A stretch of 64,000 nt of DNA from an uncultured Planctomycetales bacterium (GTDB taxonomy: Bacteria > 4484-113 > JAFGCY01): NCBI GenBank assembly GCA_964609245.1, contig CAZSSB010000011.1:6000-69999 (forward strand). Reading direction: 5' to 3'. Below the pieces are notes generated by a model, which saw only the letters and a list, made by a program, of their open reading frames with translations, ran no database searches and had not been told where the DNA came from. Below, one piece after another: positions 1-8,788 of this stretch (the first letter of the stretch is position 1; every line of letters starts with the position of its first letter). The position numbers were made by a program, and so were the translations under genes.

Positions 1-16
1 TTCACGGGGGAGCCGG

Positions 17-2041
17 ATGAGCAGCTTGTTGGTTGTCTACCTGGTCGTTCTGCTGGTCAGCCTCGGCTGGTTTGCTGTCACTGTCTCGCGGCGCCTGCGG
101 GTGCTGGCCTGGGGACGTTCCGCTGACGCGCGCGGCAACGTTGATCGCCGGATCGGCGGAGTGCTCAAGTACGTATTCGGGCAGTGGCGCCTGCTGCACG
201 GCGATGTAGCCGCCGGCCTGATGCACTTCCTGATCTTCTGGGGCTTCCTCGTCGTGTTGCTCAACACGGCGCATTTCCTGATCCAGGGACCGGTCGCCGA
301 CTTCGAACTACCGCTGCTGGGCCGCGAGGCCTGGCTCGGTCGCGCGTACCTGACGCTGCGGGACTTGTTCGAATTGCTCGTCCTCATCGCCGTCGGTTAT
401 GCCGGCTGGCGGCGACTGGTCACCAAACCGCGCCGACTGGAACTCAGCACTGAGGCATTGCTGATCCTGGGCCTGATCGCGATCCTGATGCTCACGGACT
501 TCGTGATGGGCGGCGCTGAGCGCGCCATGGCCGCTGTCTCCGCGCAGTGGTACTCACCCGCCGAGCTGCTGGTCGGCTCGTGGCTGAGCGGCCTCGGCCG
601 GTCCGCCCTGCTGATCACACACTCCATCTGCTGGTGGGTGCATCTGGTCAGCCTGCTGTTCTTCCTCAACCTCCTGCCGCTGGGCAAGCATTTCCACGTG
701 CTGCTTTCCCTTTTCGGCGTGTACTTCCGCAATCTCAGTCCCGCCGGCGAACTCGGCAAGGTCGACTTCGAGGACGACGAGGCTGAGGAGTACGGGGCCA
801 GCCAACTGCGCCACCTGACCTGGAAGAACCTGCTCGACGCCTACAACTGCACCGAGTGCGGCCGCTGCGACTACTTCTGCCCGGCCAACCAGACCGGCAA
901 GGAGCTGAGCCCGCGCCACATCATCATCGGCACTCGCGATCGCGTGCGCGACTGCCAGCCGGCGATCCTGAAGGCGCTGGGCACCACGACCAATGGTGAT
1001 GCCGACCCGCCCGCACCGGAGGAGGGCCAGCCGGCGTTCGTGGGTGAGGTGCATACAGACCAGGCGCTCTGGGCGTGTACAACCTGCGGCGCCTGCGACA
1101 CCCACTGCCCGCTGTTCATCGAACACGTCGAGCCGATCGTCGAGATGCGGCGGCACCTGGTGCTGGAGGAGGAAGGCCGCTTCCCCAAGGAACTGGTTGC
1201 CACCTTCAACGGGCTCGAGCGCCAGGGCAATCCGTGGGCGATCGGCGCTCACGAGCGTCTCAACTGGGCCGAGGGGCTTGAAGTACCGACGCTCAGCGAC
1301 AATCCCGGTGCGGAGTACGTCTACTACGTCGGCTGCATGGCGTCCTTCGACGAGCGCAACAAGGCGACCGCCCGCGCGCTGGTGGAGCTGCTCAGGCATG
1401 CCGGCGTCAGCTTCGCCGTGCTGGACGCCGAAACGTGCTGCGGGGATCCCGCGCGCCGCACAGGCAACGAGTATCTGGCCCAGGCGCTGATCGAGATGAA
1501 CGCCGAGCAGTTCAAAGAGGGTGGGGTGAGGAAGGTGGTCACGGCTTGCCCGCACTGCTTCAATACGCTCAAGCACGAGTACCCGCAGTTCGGCATCGAG
1601 TTCGATGAGGTACTGCACCATGGCACGCTGCTGGCGCGCCTGCTGACCGCCGGCAAACTCAGCCCCCAACAGGAGCATCCCCAGCAGCGGATCGTGTTCC
1701 ACGATTCGTGCTATCTGGGCCGCTATAACTCGATCTACTACCAGCCGCGCGACGTATTGCGCAGCGTCCGCGGCGTCCAACTGGCGGAGGCCGTCTTCAG
1801 TCGCGACAAGGGCTACTGCTGCGGGGCCGGCGGCGGCATGATGTTCATGGAGGAGACCGAGGGCCAGCGCGTCAATCACTGGCGCTACGGGCAACTCAAG
1901 GCCAGTGGCTCAGCTGGCATCGCGGTGGCCTGCCCGTTCTGCATGGTGATGCTGGACGACGCCGCCAAGGACCTCGATGGCGACGGGGGCCTGCCGGTGG
2001 AGGACATCGCCGTCACACTGCGCCGGGCGGTGCTGGGCTAG
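17..2041 (+). CDS. Membrane-anchored iron-sulfur oxidoreductase (NarI/DsrM-like multi-TM N-domain fused to an HdrD/DsrK/GlpC-like Fe-S + CCG domain)
   Basis: 674-aa ORF with GGGGAG just upstream of the ATG. The N-terminal ~240 aa are hydrophobic and His-containing. There are two ferredoxin motifs (CTECGRCDYFCP, CTTCGACDTHCP) and two Cys-rich CCG-type segments (VGCMASF...CCGDP; HDSCYLGR...CCGAGGG). Confidence 0.8.
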   Translation: MSSLLVVYLVVLLVSLGWFAVTVSRRLRVLAWGRSADARGNVDRRIGGVLKYVFGQWRLLHGDVAAGLMHFLIFWGFLVVLLNTAHFLIQGPVADFELPLLGREAWLGRAYLTLRDLFELLVLIAVGYAGWRRLVTKPRRLELSTEALLILGLIAILMLTDFVMGGAERAMAAVSAQWYSPAELLVGSWLSGLGRSALLITHSICWWVHLVSLLFFLNLLPLGKHFHVLLSLFGVYFRNLSPAGELGKVDFEDDEAEEYGASQLRHLTWKNLLDAYNCTECGRCDYFCPANQTGKELSPRHIIIGTRDRVRDCQPAILKALGTTTNGDADPPAPEEGQPAFVGEVHTDQALWACTTCGACDTHCPLFIEHVEPIVEMRRHLVLEEEGRFPKELVATFNGLERQGNPWAIGAHERLNWAEGLEVPTLSDNPGAEYVYYVGCMASFDERNKATARALVELLRHAGVSFAVLDAETCCGDPARRTGNEYLAQALIEMNAEQFKEGGVRKVVTACPHCFNTLKHEYPQFGIEFDEVLHHGTLLARLLTAGKLSPQQEHPQQRIVFHDSCYLGRYNSIYYQPRDVLRSVRGVQLAEAVFSRDKGYCCGAGGGMMFMEETEGQRVNHWRYGQLKASGSAGIAVACPFCMVMLDDAAKDLDGDGGLPVEDIAVTLRRAVLG

Positions 2042-2073
2042 TCTGGCCGGCAACACGGACACACGAAGCAGGC

Positions 2074-3633
2074 TCAGGCCAGGCTGATCTCGCCGACCTC
2101 CGCCTCCACCGCCGCCAGAATCGCGCCGCTCTCGATCAACTCGATGATCTTGTCGATGTCGTAGACCATCGGGCGGTCGTCGTCGAGCACGTCGACATGT
2201 TCGCGGATGACCCGGTAGGCCGCGCCGGTGCCCTTCCCGGGCTTCAGACTGGGGCCACCTTCCTCATCACGGGTGCGTCCGCGGGCGCGGAAGTCCATCG
2301 CCTGCGCCGCCGCGTACATCTCGATCGCCAGCACCCCGCGCGTGTTCTTCAGGATCTCCTTGTACTTGCGCACCGCGACCGGCCCCATGTTGACGTGGTC
2401 CTCCTGGTCGGCGCTGACACTGACGTTGTCCACCACGGCCGGGTGGCTCAGGACCCGGTTCTCGCTGCAGAGCGCCGCCTGGGTGTACTGCGCCACCATC
2501 AGCCCGCTGTTCAGGCCCTTGCCCTCCACCAGAAAATCGGGTAGGCCGCTCAGCACCGGGTTGAGCAACCGGTTGGTGTGCCGCTCGGCGAGGCTGGCTA
2601 CCTCAGCCGTAGCGATCGCCATAAAGTCAATCGCCATCGCCACCGGCTGCCCGTGGAAGTTGCCGGCCCCGAAGTAGTTGCCCGTCTCGGCGAAGAACAG
2701 CGGGTTGTCGATGGCGCTGTTGACTTCGGTCTCAATCTGGCGGCGGGCGAAGTGGTAGGCGTCAATGCTGGCGCCCATCACCTGCGGGGTGCAGCGCATC
2801 GAATAGCCGTCCTGCACCTTGCCGCTCTTGTGGGCCATGATCTCGCTGCCCGCCCAGAGCTGACGCAGGGCGGCGGCGGCGGCCTGCGAACCGGGGTAGG
2901 GGCGCACCGCGTGCACTTCCGCGCTGTAGGGTGACTCCACCGCCTTGAGGGCGTCCAGCGCCATCGCGTACGCGATCAGCGCATTCTTGTACAGCCGCAC
3001 GGTGTCGCACAGCTCCAGCGCCGACTCCCCGGTCATCATCTGGGTGCCGTTGATCATGCCCAGGCCTTCCTTGGCGGTCGGCACGAACGGCTCCAGGCCA
3101 GCCTGTTTCAGGGCCTCCCCCCCCGGCAGCCGCTGGCCCTCATAGAACGCCTCACCCTCACCCAGCATCGCGATCGCCATCATGCTGAGCGGCGAGAGAT
3201 CTCCGGAGCATCCCACGCTGCCTTTCTCGTAGACCAGGGGAGTAACGCCGCGGTTGAGCATCTCGACGAAATGGTCGGCCAGTTCGCGGCGGACGCCGGA
3301 ACACCCGCGGGCGAGAGCGTTCAGCCGGCAGAGCATACCGGCCCGCACGACCGGCACCGGCTGCACGTCACCGGTGCTGGCGCAGTGGCTGTAGATGATC
3401 CGCCGCTGGAGTTCCTCGCACTGCTCCTGACTGATACGAATACGAGCCAACTCGCCGATTCCGGTGGTCACGCCGTAGATCGCCGCCCCCTCGTCGATCA
3501 GCTTCAGCACCAGATCGCGACTGGCCTGAATGCGATCGTAGCAGGACTGCGCCAGTGCCACCGGCTCTCCGTGTCGCGCCACTCGCTCGATGTCCTCAAT
3601 CGCCAAGTGGCCGTCGTCAATCGTCAACGCCAT
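2074..3633 (-). CDS. hutH: Histidine ammonia-lyase (MIO-dependent aromatic amino acid lyase family)
   Basis: MIO-region motif GSVGCSGDLSPLS, HAL-type YSH motif and QEDHVNMG motif. The internal ATG at 3633 is preceded by AAGGAG + 7 nt, so the longer ORF to 3687 is probably not used. The gene is adjacent to hutI. Confidence 0.9.
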   Translation of the reverse strand: MALTIDDGHLAIEDIERVARHGEPVALAQSCYDRIQASRDLVLKLIDEGAAIYGVTTGIGELARIRISQEQCEELQRRIIYSHCASTGDVQPVPVVRAGMLCRLNALARGCSGVRRELADHFVEMLNRGVTPLVYEKGSVGCSGDLSPLSMMAIAMLGEGEAFYEGQRLPGGEALKQAGLEPFVPTAKEGLGMINGTQMMTGESALELCDTVRLYKNALIAYAMALDALKAVESPYSAEVHAVRPYPGSQAAAAALRQLWAGSEIMAHKSGKVQDGYSMRCTPQVMGASIDAYHFARRQIETEVNSAIDNPLFFAETGNYFGAGNFHGQPVAMAIDFMAIATAEVASLAERHTNRLLNPVLSGLPDFLVEGKGLNSGLMVAQYTQAALCSENRVLSHPAVVDNVSVSADQEDHVNMGPVAVRKYKEILKNTRGVLAIEMYAAAQAMDFRARGRTRDEEGGPSLKPGKGTGAAYRVIREHVDVLDDDRPMVYDIDKIIELIESGAILAAVEAEVGEISLA

Positions 3634-3747
3634 GCGTTTGCTCCTTGCTGCGTGGTCTTCGCGGACCGTCTGCGGGCCCCAGCGCACCCCCTCGTCAACA
3701 GTCTACACCCTGCTAGCCACCGGCCACCCGGCACAGGTAATCCTGGG

Positions 3748-5028
3748 TCAGCGCAGCAGCATCGAGCCGCCGCGCTTGACCCATTGCCCTCCAATCAGCA
3801 CGTCGCGAACGGCATCGCAGCCTACGTGATAGGCAATCTCGTTGTAATGCGGCAGGTCGATCACGAGGACGTCCGCTCGCTTCCCGACTGCCAGACTACC
3901 CACTTCGCTGGCCATGTCCAGGGCGCAGGCGGCATTGATCGTGCTGGCCACAATGCACTCTTCGGCGCTCATCGCCATTTCGAGCACTGCCAGCGTCATG
4001 GTCAGCGGCATGCTGTACACCAGACTGGAGCCCGGATTGAGATCCGTAGCCAGGGCCACGGCGCAGCCGGCTTCGATCATCCTGCGCGCCGGCGCGTACT
4101 CACCGTGCCCGGAGAAGAACATCGTGGCGGGCAGCAACGTGGCCACCGTCCGGCTGCTGGCCAGCGCCGTGATGCCCTCGTCACCGACGCCACCCAGGTG
4201 ATCGCAGGACAGGGCGCCGACCGAGACGCCCCAGGCAGTCGTGCCGTCATCGCCGAATTCATCGGCGTGCAGCCTCAGCCCCAACGGTAGGCCGTCCGCC
4301 GCGGCGACGATCCGCTGGGCTTCTTCGCGCGTGAACGCCAGCGGGTCCACGAAGATGTCGTAGAAGTCGGCCAGCCCTGCTTCGGCGACCTCGCACAGCT
4401 GCTTGATCACAATGTCCACGTAGCCGGCCCGATCTTCGGCGTACTCCGGCGGGATCAGATGCGCCCCCAGGTAAGTGCTAAGGATCCTGCCCGGCACACT
4501 GCGGCGCAGCTCGGCGACAACCTCCAGCTGTTTGAGCTCGGCATCGGGCAGCAACCCGTAGCCGCTTTTCGTCTCGACTGTCGCGGTCCCGTTGGCGTAC
4601 ATGCGCAGCAACCGCCAGCGTGCGTCGGCCAGCAGCTGCTCCTGGCTGGCCGACCGCGTCTGCGACATCGTGCTTCGAATGCCACCGCCCGCCGCGGCAA
4701 TCTCCTGGTAGGTCTCGCCGCGCGCACGCCGGTAGAACTCATCCGCCCGGCTGCCGCCAAAGACCAGATGTGTATGGCTGTCGATGAAGCCCGGCATCAC
4801 GACGCAGCCGCTGGCATCGATCGTCGTGCAGTCGTCGGTTAGCAACGAGCGGTCCAAGCCGCTTGAGGATCCCACGTAGGCGATCCTGCCGGTGGCGCTG
4901 GTGAGACCCAGCGTACCTCCCTCAACCACACCCAGTTCCGACATGCCAGCCCCGCGCCGTGGGACTGGGCCGCCAGCGCCCTCAAGTGTCAGCAACTGGC
5001 CACACGGCGATACTAGCAGGTCGATCAC
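3748..5028 (-). CDS. hutI: Imidazolonepropionase
   Basis: Amidohydrolase-fold metal motif FIDSHTHLVFGG with later HADE/DH motifs. The GTG start is preceded by GAGGAG + 7 nt. The gene lies upstream of hutH on the same strand. Confidence 0.9.
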   Translation of the reverse strand: MIDLLVSPCGQLLTLEGAGGPVPRRGAGMSELGVVEGGTLGLTSATGRIAYVGSSSGLDRSLLTDDCTTIDASGCVVMPGFIDSHTHLVFGGSRADEFYRRARGETYQEIAAAGGGIRSTMSQTRSASQEQLLADARWRLLRMYANGTATVETKSGYGLLPDAELKQLEVVAELRRSVPGRILSTYLGAHLIPPEYAEDRAGYVDIVIKQLCEVAEAGLADFYDIFVDPLAFTREEAQRIVAAADGLPLGLRLHADEFGDDGTTAWGVSVGALSCDHLGGVGDEGITALASSRTVATLLPATMFFSGHGEYAPARRMIEAGCAVALATDLNPGSSLVYSMPLTMTLAVLEMAMSAEECIVASTINAACALDMASEVGSLAVGKRADVLVIDLPHYNEIAYHVGCDAVRDVLIGGQWVKRGGSMLLR

Positions 5029-5085
5029 GGCTGTTCTCCTCAGGCCCCCGATCTGTGGGTGCCGCAGCGTAATGAGGATATCAGC

Positions 5086-5382
5086 CTACTTGGAGTTGCC
5101 TTTGTGCCGGGCCTCATCGTCAACGTGTTGCTTCGCCGCGCGCTCCCCGTGGATCACCGGAATCGCGGGGCCGAAGCCCTCCAGCTTGAGCATCAGGGCG
5201 GTGAAGCGGTCGGGCGCCACAACAACGGCGGCTTCCTCGCCGGAGCGGGCAGGCTCCAGTTCACGTTCAAGCTGGCTGGTGTAGGGCAGGCTGAAGTAGT
5301 ACCACTTGACCGGCGGCGCGTAGACCAGGCGCACGCCTTGGTAAACCTCACTGCGGACCGACTCGTGCCCCGATCCCATCAT
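5086..5382 (-). CDS. Hypothetical protein (98 aa)
   Basis: The ORF start overlaps the stop of the upstream gene by 4 nt (ATGA coupling). It is co-oriented with hutI/hutH. I recognise no motif. Confidence 0.4.
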   Translation of the reverse strand: MMGSGHESVRSEVYQGVRLVYAPPVKWYYFSLPYTSQLERELEPARSGEEAAVVVAPDRFTALMLKLEGFGPAIPVIHGERAAKQHVDDEARHKGNSK

Positions 5383-6248
5383 TCCTCCCGGCGTACGTAG
5401 CGCGCGATGCCGCCCAGGTCATAGCCGACCCACAGCCGGCCCTGCGCATCGACGGTCACGGCTTCCTGCGCCGCTCCGGGAAACACTTCCCAGCTCACTA
5501 CGTCCATCGTTCGAATGTCGAGCACCTCCATCACGTTCATCCAGGAATGGATCACCCACAGCTGCCCAGCCGCGGCGTCGTAGTGTAGCTCACCCGTGTT
5601 GATCTCCGCAAGGGGCCAGATCTCCTTCAGCGGAACTGGCACGCCCTCCGCGCGATCAACAATGTCGGCGTAGTCAACGCGCACCAATGCGTGCGGGTCG
5701 TCCTGGTTGAGCAGGATGAGGCAATCGCCTTCACCGCGTTCACCGGCTGGTATGTACTCGATACCCTCAAAACCGTTGCCCGCGGGCAGCAGCACCTCAC
5801 GCCCGTGCAGATGCCGCGAGACCTGGAACTGGCCCTGAAGCCCCAGACCATCAGGGTCAACGATGTAGACACGCTCCTCCTGTTCGTCGCAGACATAAAG
5901 CATCCCATCGGCGGCGCAGTAGCAGACGCCTTCCAGGTCCACGCCAAGCTCCGCGCTGGCCAGCACCGTGGCATGCAGATCCAACTCGTAGATGCCTGCC
6001 GGGTGGCCGATGTCACCGTCGTCGACCATGAAGAGCGTGTTGCGGCCCGGGTGGAAGCAGAGCCCCGAAGGCTCCGGTACCTCGGGCAGTGGCACGTAAC
6101 CGTCGAACTCCCAGCTGGACATCGCAATCCCGGTCAGTTCGCCCTGGTCGGCCTGCTCGTCCCCCACCGTCCGGCCGAACAGGATGGAGGCCCCGGCGAT
6201 CAGTGCCAGCGAAACCAGTCCCAGGACCGCAACTCCGCGCGCTCGCAT
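5379..6248 (-). CDS. SdiA-regulated/YjiK-like beta-propeller protein with N-terminal membrane anchor
   Basis: The motifs EPSGLCFHP...LFMVDD, DLEGVCY and LYVCDEQEERVYIVD resemble the YjiK/SdiA-regulated family. The N-terminus MRARGVAVLGLVSLALIAGASILF is a signal/anchor. I prefer the ATG at 6248 (TATAAT lies 6 nt upstream, possibly leaderless) over the GTG at 6272. Confidence 0.6.
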   Translation of the reverse strand: MRARGVAVLGLVSLALIAGASILFGRTVGDEQADQGELTGIAMSSWEFDGYVPLPEVPEPSGLCFHPGRNTLFMVDDGDIGHPAGIYELDLHATVLASAELGVDLEGVCYCAADGMLYVCDEQEERVYIVDPDGLGLQGQFQVSRHLHGREVLLPAGNGFEGIEYIPAGERGEGDCLILLNQDDPHALVRVDYADIVDRAEGVPVPLKEIWPLAEINTGELHYDAAAGQLWVIHSWMNVMEVLDIRTMDVVSWEVFPGAAQEAVTVDAQGRLWVGYDLGGIARYVRREE

Positions 6249-6402
6249 CTCTCGATTATAGGTGAGAATCACACAGGAAACCGGCGTCGCGCGGGGTAGA
6301 CATATGTGCTTCAGGTATCACGGTAGATGCTGGTGCAGGGTTGCGCCAGCGTTTCACTGATGCTAGCATACTTGTTCGGTTTAACTCCGGCGGAGAGGCG
6401 TA

Positions 6403-8199
6403 ATGACGAGTGAATTCAATAACCTACTCGAGGAAGATCTCGCTGGTCGATCCCTCGCAGTGGGTCAGGTGGTGGACGGCACGGTCGTCCAGATCAGCGA
6501 AGATGGCGTGTTCGTCGACATCGGCGCGAAGAGCGAGGGACACCTCGAACTCGATCAGATTTTCCAGGAAGAGCTTGCCAAGCTCCAGGTCGGCAGCCCC
6601 CTGCGAGTCAGGATCGTCAAGAAGGTCGAAGGCGAATACAAGCTCTCCAAGAAGAGCGTTGACTACGAGGAAGCCTGGGCGAAGCTGATGGAGGACCGCA
6701 ACGAGGACCGCGAGGTCGCGGTGATCGTCCGCGAGAAGGTCAAGAACGGATACATGGCCGTTGCTTATGACATCCTCGAGGGCTTCATCCATCACACCAA
6801 CTTCAAGGGCCGGCCGACGGTGGGTCAGGAGTACACGGCCAAGGTGCTCGACCTCAATCGCAAGGCCCGCAAGCTGGTGTTCACTCGTCGGGACATTCTC
6901 AAGCGTGAGGAAGAAGAGTCCCTGGCCCGTGACTACTCGATGCTGCAGGAAGGCATGGTGATCGAGGGCGTAGTTGAGAAGCTGTCCCCCTACGGTGCCT
7001 TCGTCAAGATCACCGATCATCTGACCGGCCTGCTGCATATCAGCGAGTTTTCCTTCGACCACGTCAAGAAGCCGTCGGAAGTGCTCAAGCCCGGCGACGT
7101 GGTGCAGGTCAAGATCCTGGCCATCGATCGCGAGAAGAACAAGATCTCACTCTCGCGCAAGGCAACCCTGAAGGATCCGTTGATCTCGCTGCTGCCCGGC
7201 GAGGAGCTGGACGGCACCGTGGAGAGCCTCGCGGACTTCGGGATCTTCGTCAAGCTCGACAGCGGTATCACCGGCCTGGTCCACATCAGTGAGCTGTCCT
7301 ACCGCAAGTTCGGGCACCCGTCGGAGCTGTTCAAGCCGAGCGATCCGATCCGCGTCAAGATCCTGCGGGTCCAGCTGGAGGACCGGCGCGTCAGCCTCTC
7401 AGCCAAGGCCTGCGAGCGCGACCCCTGGGAAGATGTCTACAGCCGCTACATGGTCGACCAGCGCATTGAGGGGGCGGTTACCCAGCTGCTGCAGAGCGGC
7501 GCGGTGGTCAAGCTCGACGACTTCTTCGAGGCCTTCGTGCCAATCGGCGAGATCGCCGAGGAACGCATCAAGCATCCTCGCGATGTGCTGGAGGAGAACC
7601 AGCAGGTGCAGGGAGTGATCCTGTCCATCGATTCCGCCAAGCGCCGCATCCGCGTCAGCCTCCGCCGCATCCACGAGCGGGCGCAGGACGATGGGAAGGC
7701 TGCGGTCGTCACCGCGGATGTCTCCGCCGTCCGCGACGCCACTCCGACGGCGGGCAAGGTCACCCTCGGCGACATCCTCGGCAGCAAGCTCGATCTGACC
7801 TCCGTGGCGCCGCGCGACGCTGACAAGGCAACCGACCAGGAGCCCGCCGAGGGCGAGGGGACTCCCGTCGAGGTCAAGGACGAGTCTGCCGATGAGGCGG
7901 AAACGGCTCCAGATGATGCTGAAGAGCCGGCTGCTGAGTCTGACGCCGGCGCTGAGCCTGAACCAGAGGCGGAGGCTGAGTCTGAGACTGAATCTGAGGA
8001 GGCGGCCGACGCCGAACTCGCGGAGGACACCGTGGAAGAGCAGGCAGCCGTGGAGCCGGAGGCAGAAGCCACCGCGGAGGAATCTGAGGACGAAGCTGCA
8101 GCTGATGCTGAAGACCCCGCCAGCGACGAGGAAACTGCCGACGATACAGGGGAGGACGCCGAAGCCGCGGAGGGGCAGGCCGAGAAAGCGGAGGGTTAG
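6403..8199 (+). CDS. rpsA: 30S ribosomal protein S1 with long acidic C-terminal tail
   Basis: I count five S1/OB repeats (e.g. GMVIEGVVEKLSPYGAFVKI..GLLHISE; GEELDGTVESLADFGIFVKL..GLVHISE). GGAGAGG precedes the ATG. The C-terminal ~150 aa are an E/A/D/P-rich low-complexity tail. Confidence 0.9.
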   Translation: MTSEFNNLLEEDLAGRSLAVGQVVDGTVVQISEDGVFVDIGAKSEGHLELDQIFQEELAKLQVGSPLRVRIVKKVEGEYKLSKKSVDYEEAWAKLMEDRNEDREVAVIVREKVKNGYMAVAYDILEGFIHHTNFKGRPTVGQEYTAKVLDLNRKARKLVFTRRDILKREEEESLARDYSMLQEGMVIEGVVEKLSPYGAFVKITDHLTGLLHISEFSFDHVKKPSEVLKPGDVVQVKILAIDREKNKISLSRKATLKDPLISLLPGEELDGTVESLADFGIFVKLDSGITGLVHISELSYRKFGHPSELFKPSDPIRVKILRVQLEDRRVSLSAKACERDPWEDVYSRYMVDQRIEGAVTQLLQSGAVVKLDDFFEAFVPIGEIAEERIKHPRDVLEENQQVQGVILSIDSAKRRIRVSLRRIHERAQDDGKAAVVTADVSAVRDATPTAGKVTLGDILGSKLDLTSVAPRDADKATDQEPAEGEGTPVEVKDESADEAETAPDDAEEPAAESDAGAEPEPEAEAESETESEEAADAELAEDTVEEQAAVEPEAEATAEESEDEAAADAEDPASDEETADDTGEDAEAAEGQAEKAEG

Positions 8200-8200
8200 C

Positions 8201-8788
8201 ATGATCCTCGGGATTACCGGGGGCATCTGCGCGGGCAAGAGCACCGCCGCCAGAGTGATAGACCGCCTTGGCGTTCGCATCATCGACTGCGACGAGGTTT
8301 CGCACTACCTGACCAGGTACGAGCCGTGTATCCTCGAGGCGATTCTGGCGGCGTTCGGCCCCGCTGTGTTTCACCGCGGTGGCGCTCTGGATCGAGCCGC
8401 TCTGGCGAGCATTGTCTTCGGCGAAGAGGGCAGGCGCCGACAGCTGGAAGCGATCCTCCATCCGCCGATAAAGGAAGTGGTCACAGCCAACATCGACTAC
8501 GCGCGGCAGACTCAGCAGCCGTTGGTGATTGTCGCGCCATTGCTCATCGAGGCGGGTCTTCACCCGCTTGTCGATCACCTGTGGGTTGTCAGCTGCACGC
8601 CAGAGCATCAGCTGGCACGGATGCGAAAACACCGCAACGTGGATCGCGAGCAGGCTCAGCGATGGATTGACGCGCAACTGCCAATGGAACAGAAGGAAAA
8701 GCAGGCAAACACCGTCCTGAGAAACGATGGTTCAGTCGAGGAATTCGAGCGGCAAGTACTTCTTGAGTGGCGAGCGCTCGATGAGTAG
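8201..8788 (+). CDS. coaE: Dephospho-CoA kinase
   Basis: N-terminal P-loop MILGITGGICAGKST. The ATG lies 1 nt after the rpsA stop. The 5' extension of the ORF (from 7892) overlaps the rpsA tail in another frame and was rejected. Confidence 0.9.
   Translation: MILGITGGICAGKSTAARVIDRLGVRIIDCDEVSHYLTRYEPCILEAILAAFGPAVFHRGGALDRAALASIVFGEEGRRRQLEAILHPPIKEVVTANIDYARQTQQPLVIVAPLLIEAGLHPLVDHLWVVSCTPEHQLARMRKHRNVDREQAQRWIDAQLPMEQKEKQANTVLRNDGSVEEFERQVLLEWRALDE

Noticed and set aside
554-1894. 446-aa ORF on the minus strand inside the Fe-S oxidoreductase gene
   Set aside because: It is antisense to a gene with clear ferredoxin/CCG motifs. Its translation is an R/A/G/H/L-rich composition typical of GC-rich shadow frames, and it has no motifs.
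7860-8190. Repetitive-looking DNA that could be mistaken for a repeat array or CRISPR
   Set aside because: It is in-frame coding low complexity (GAG/GCN/GAC codons of the S1 acidic tail). There are no regularly spaced identical repeats or spacers. No CRISPR-like array was seen anywhere in the window.
7892-8200. N-terminal 103-codon extension of the coaE ORF, together with several ORFs within 7399-8677
   Set aside because: The extension overlaps the rpsA acidic-tail DNA in another frame and gives an R/P/K-rich nonsense peptide. coaE has its P-loop directly after the ATG at 8201, which follows the rpsA stop.
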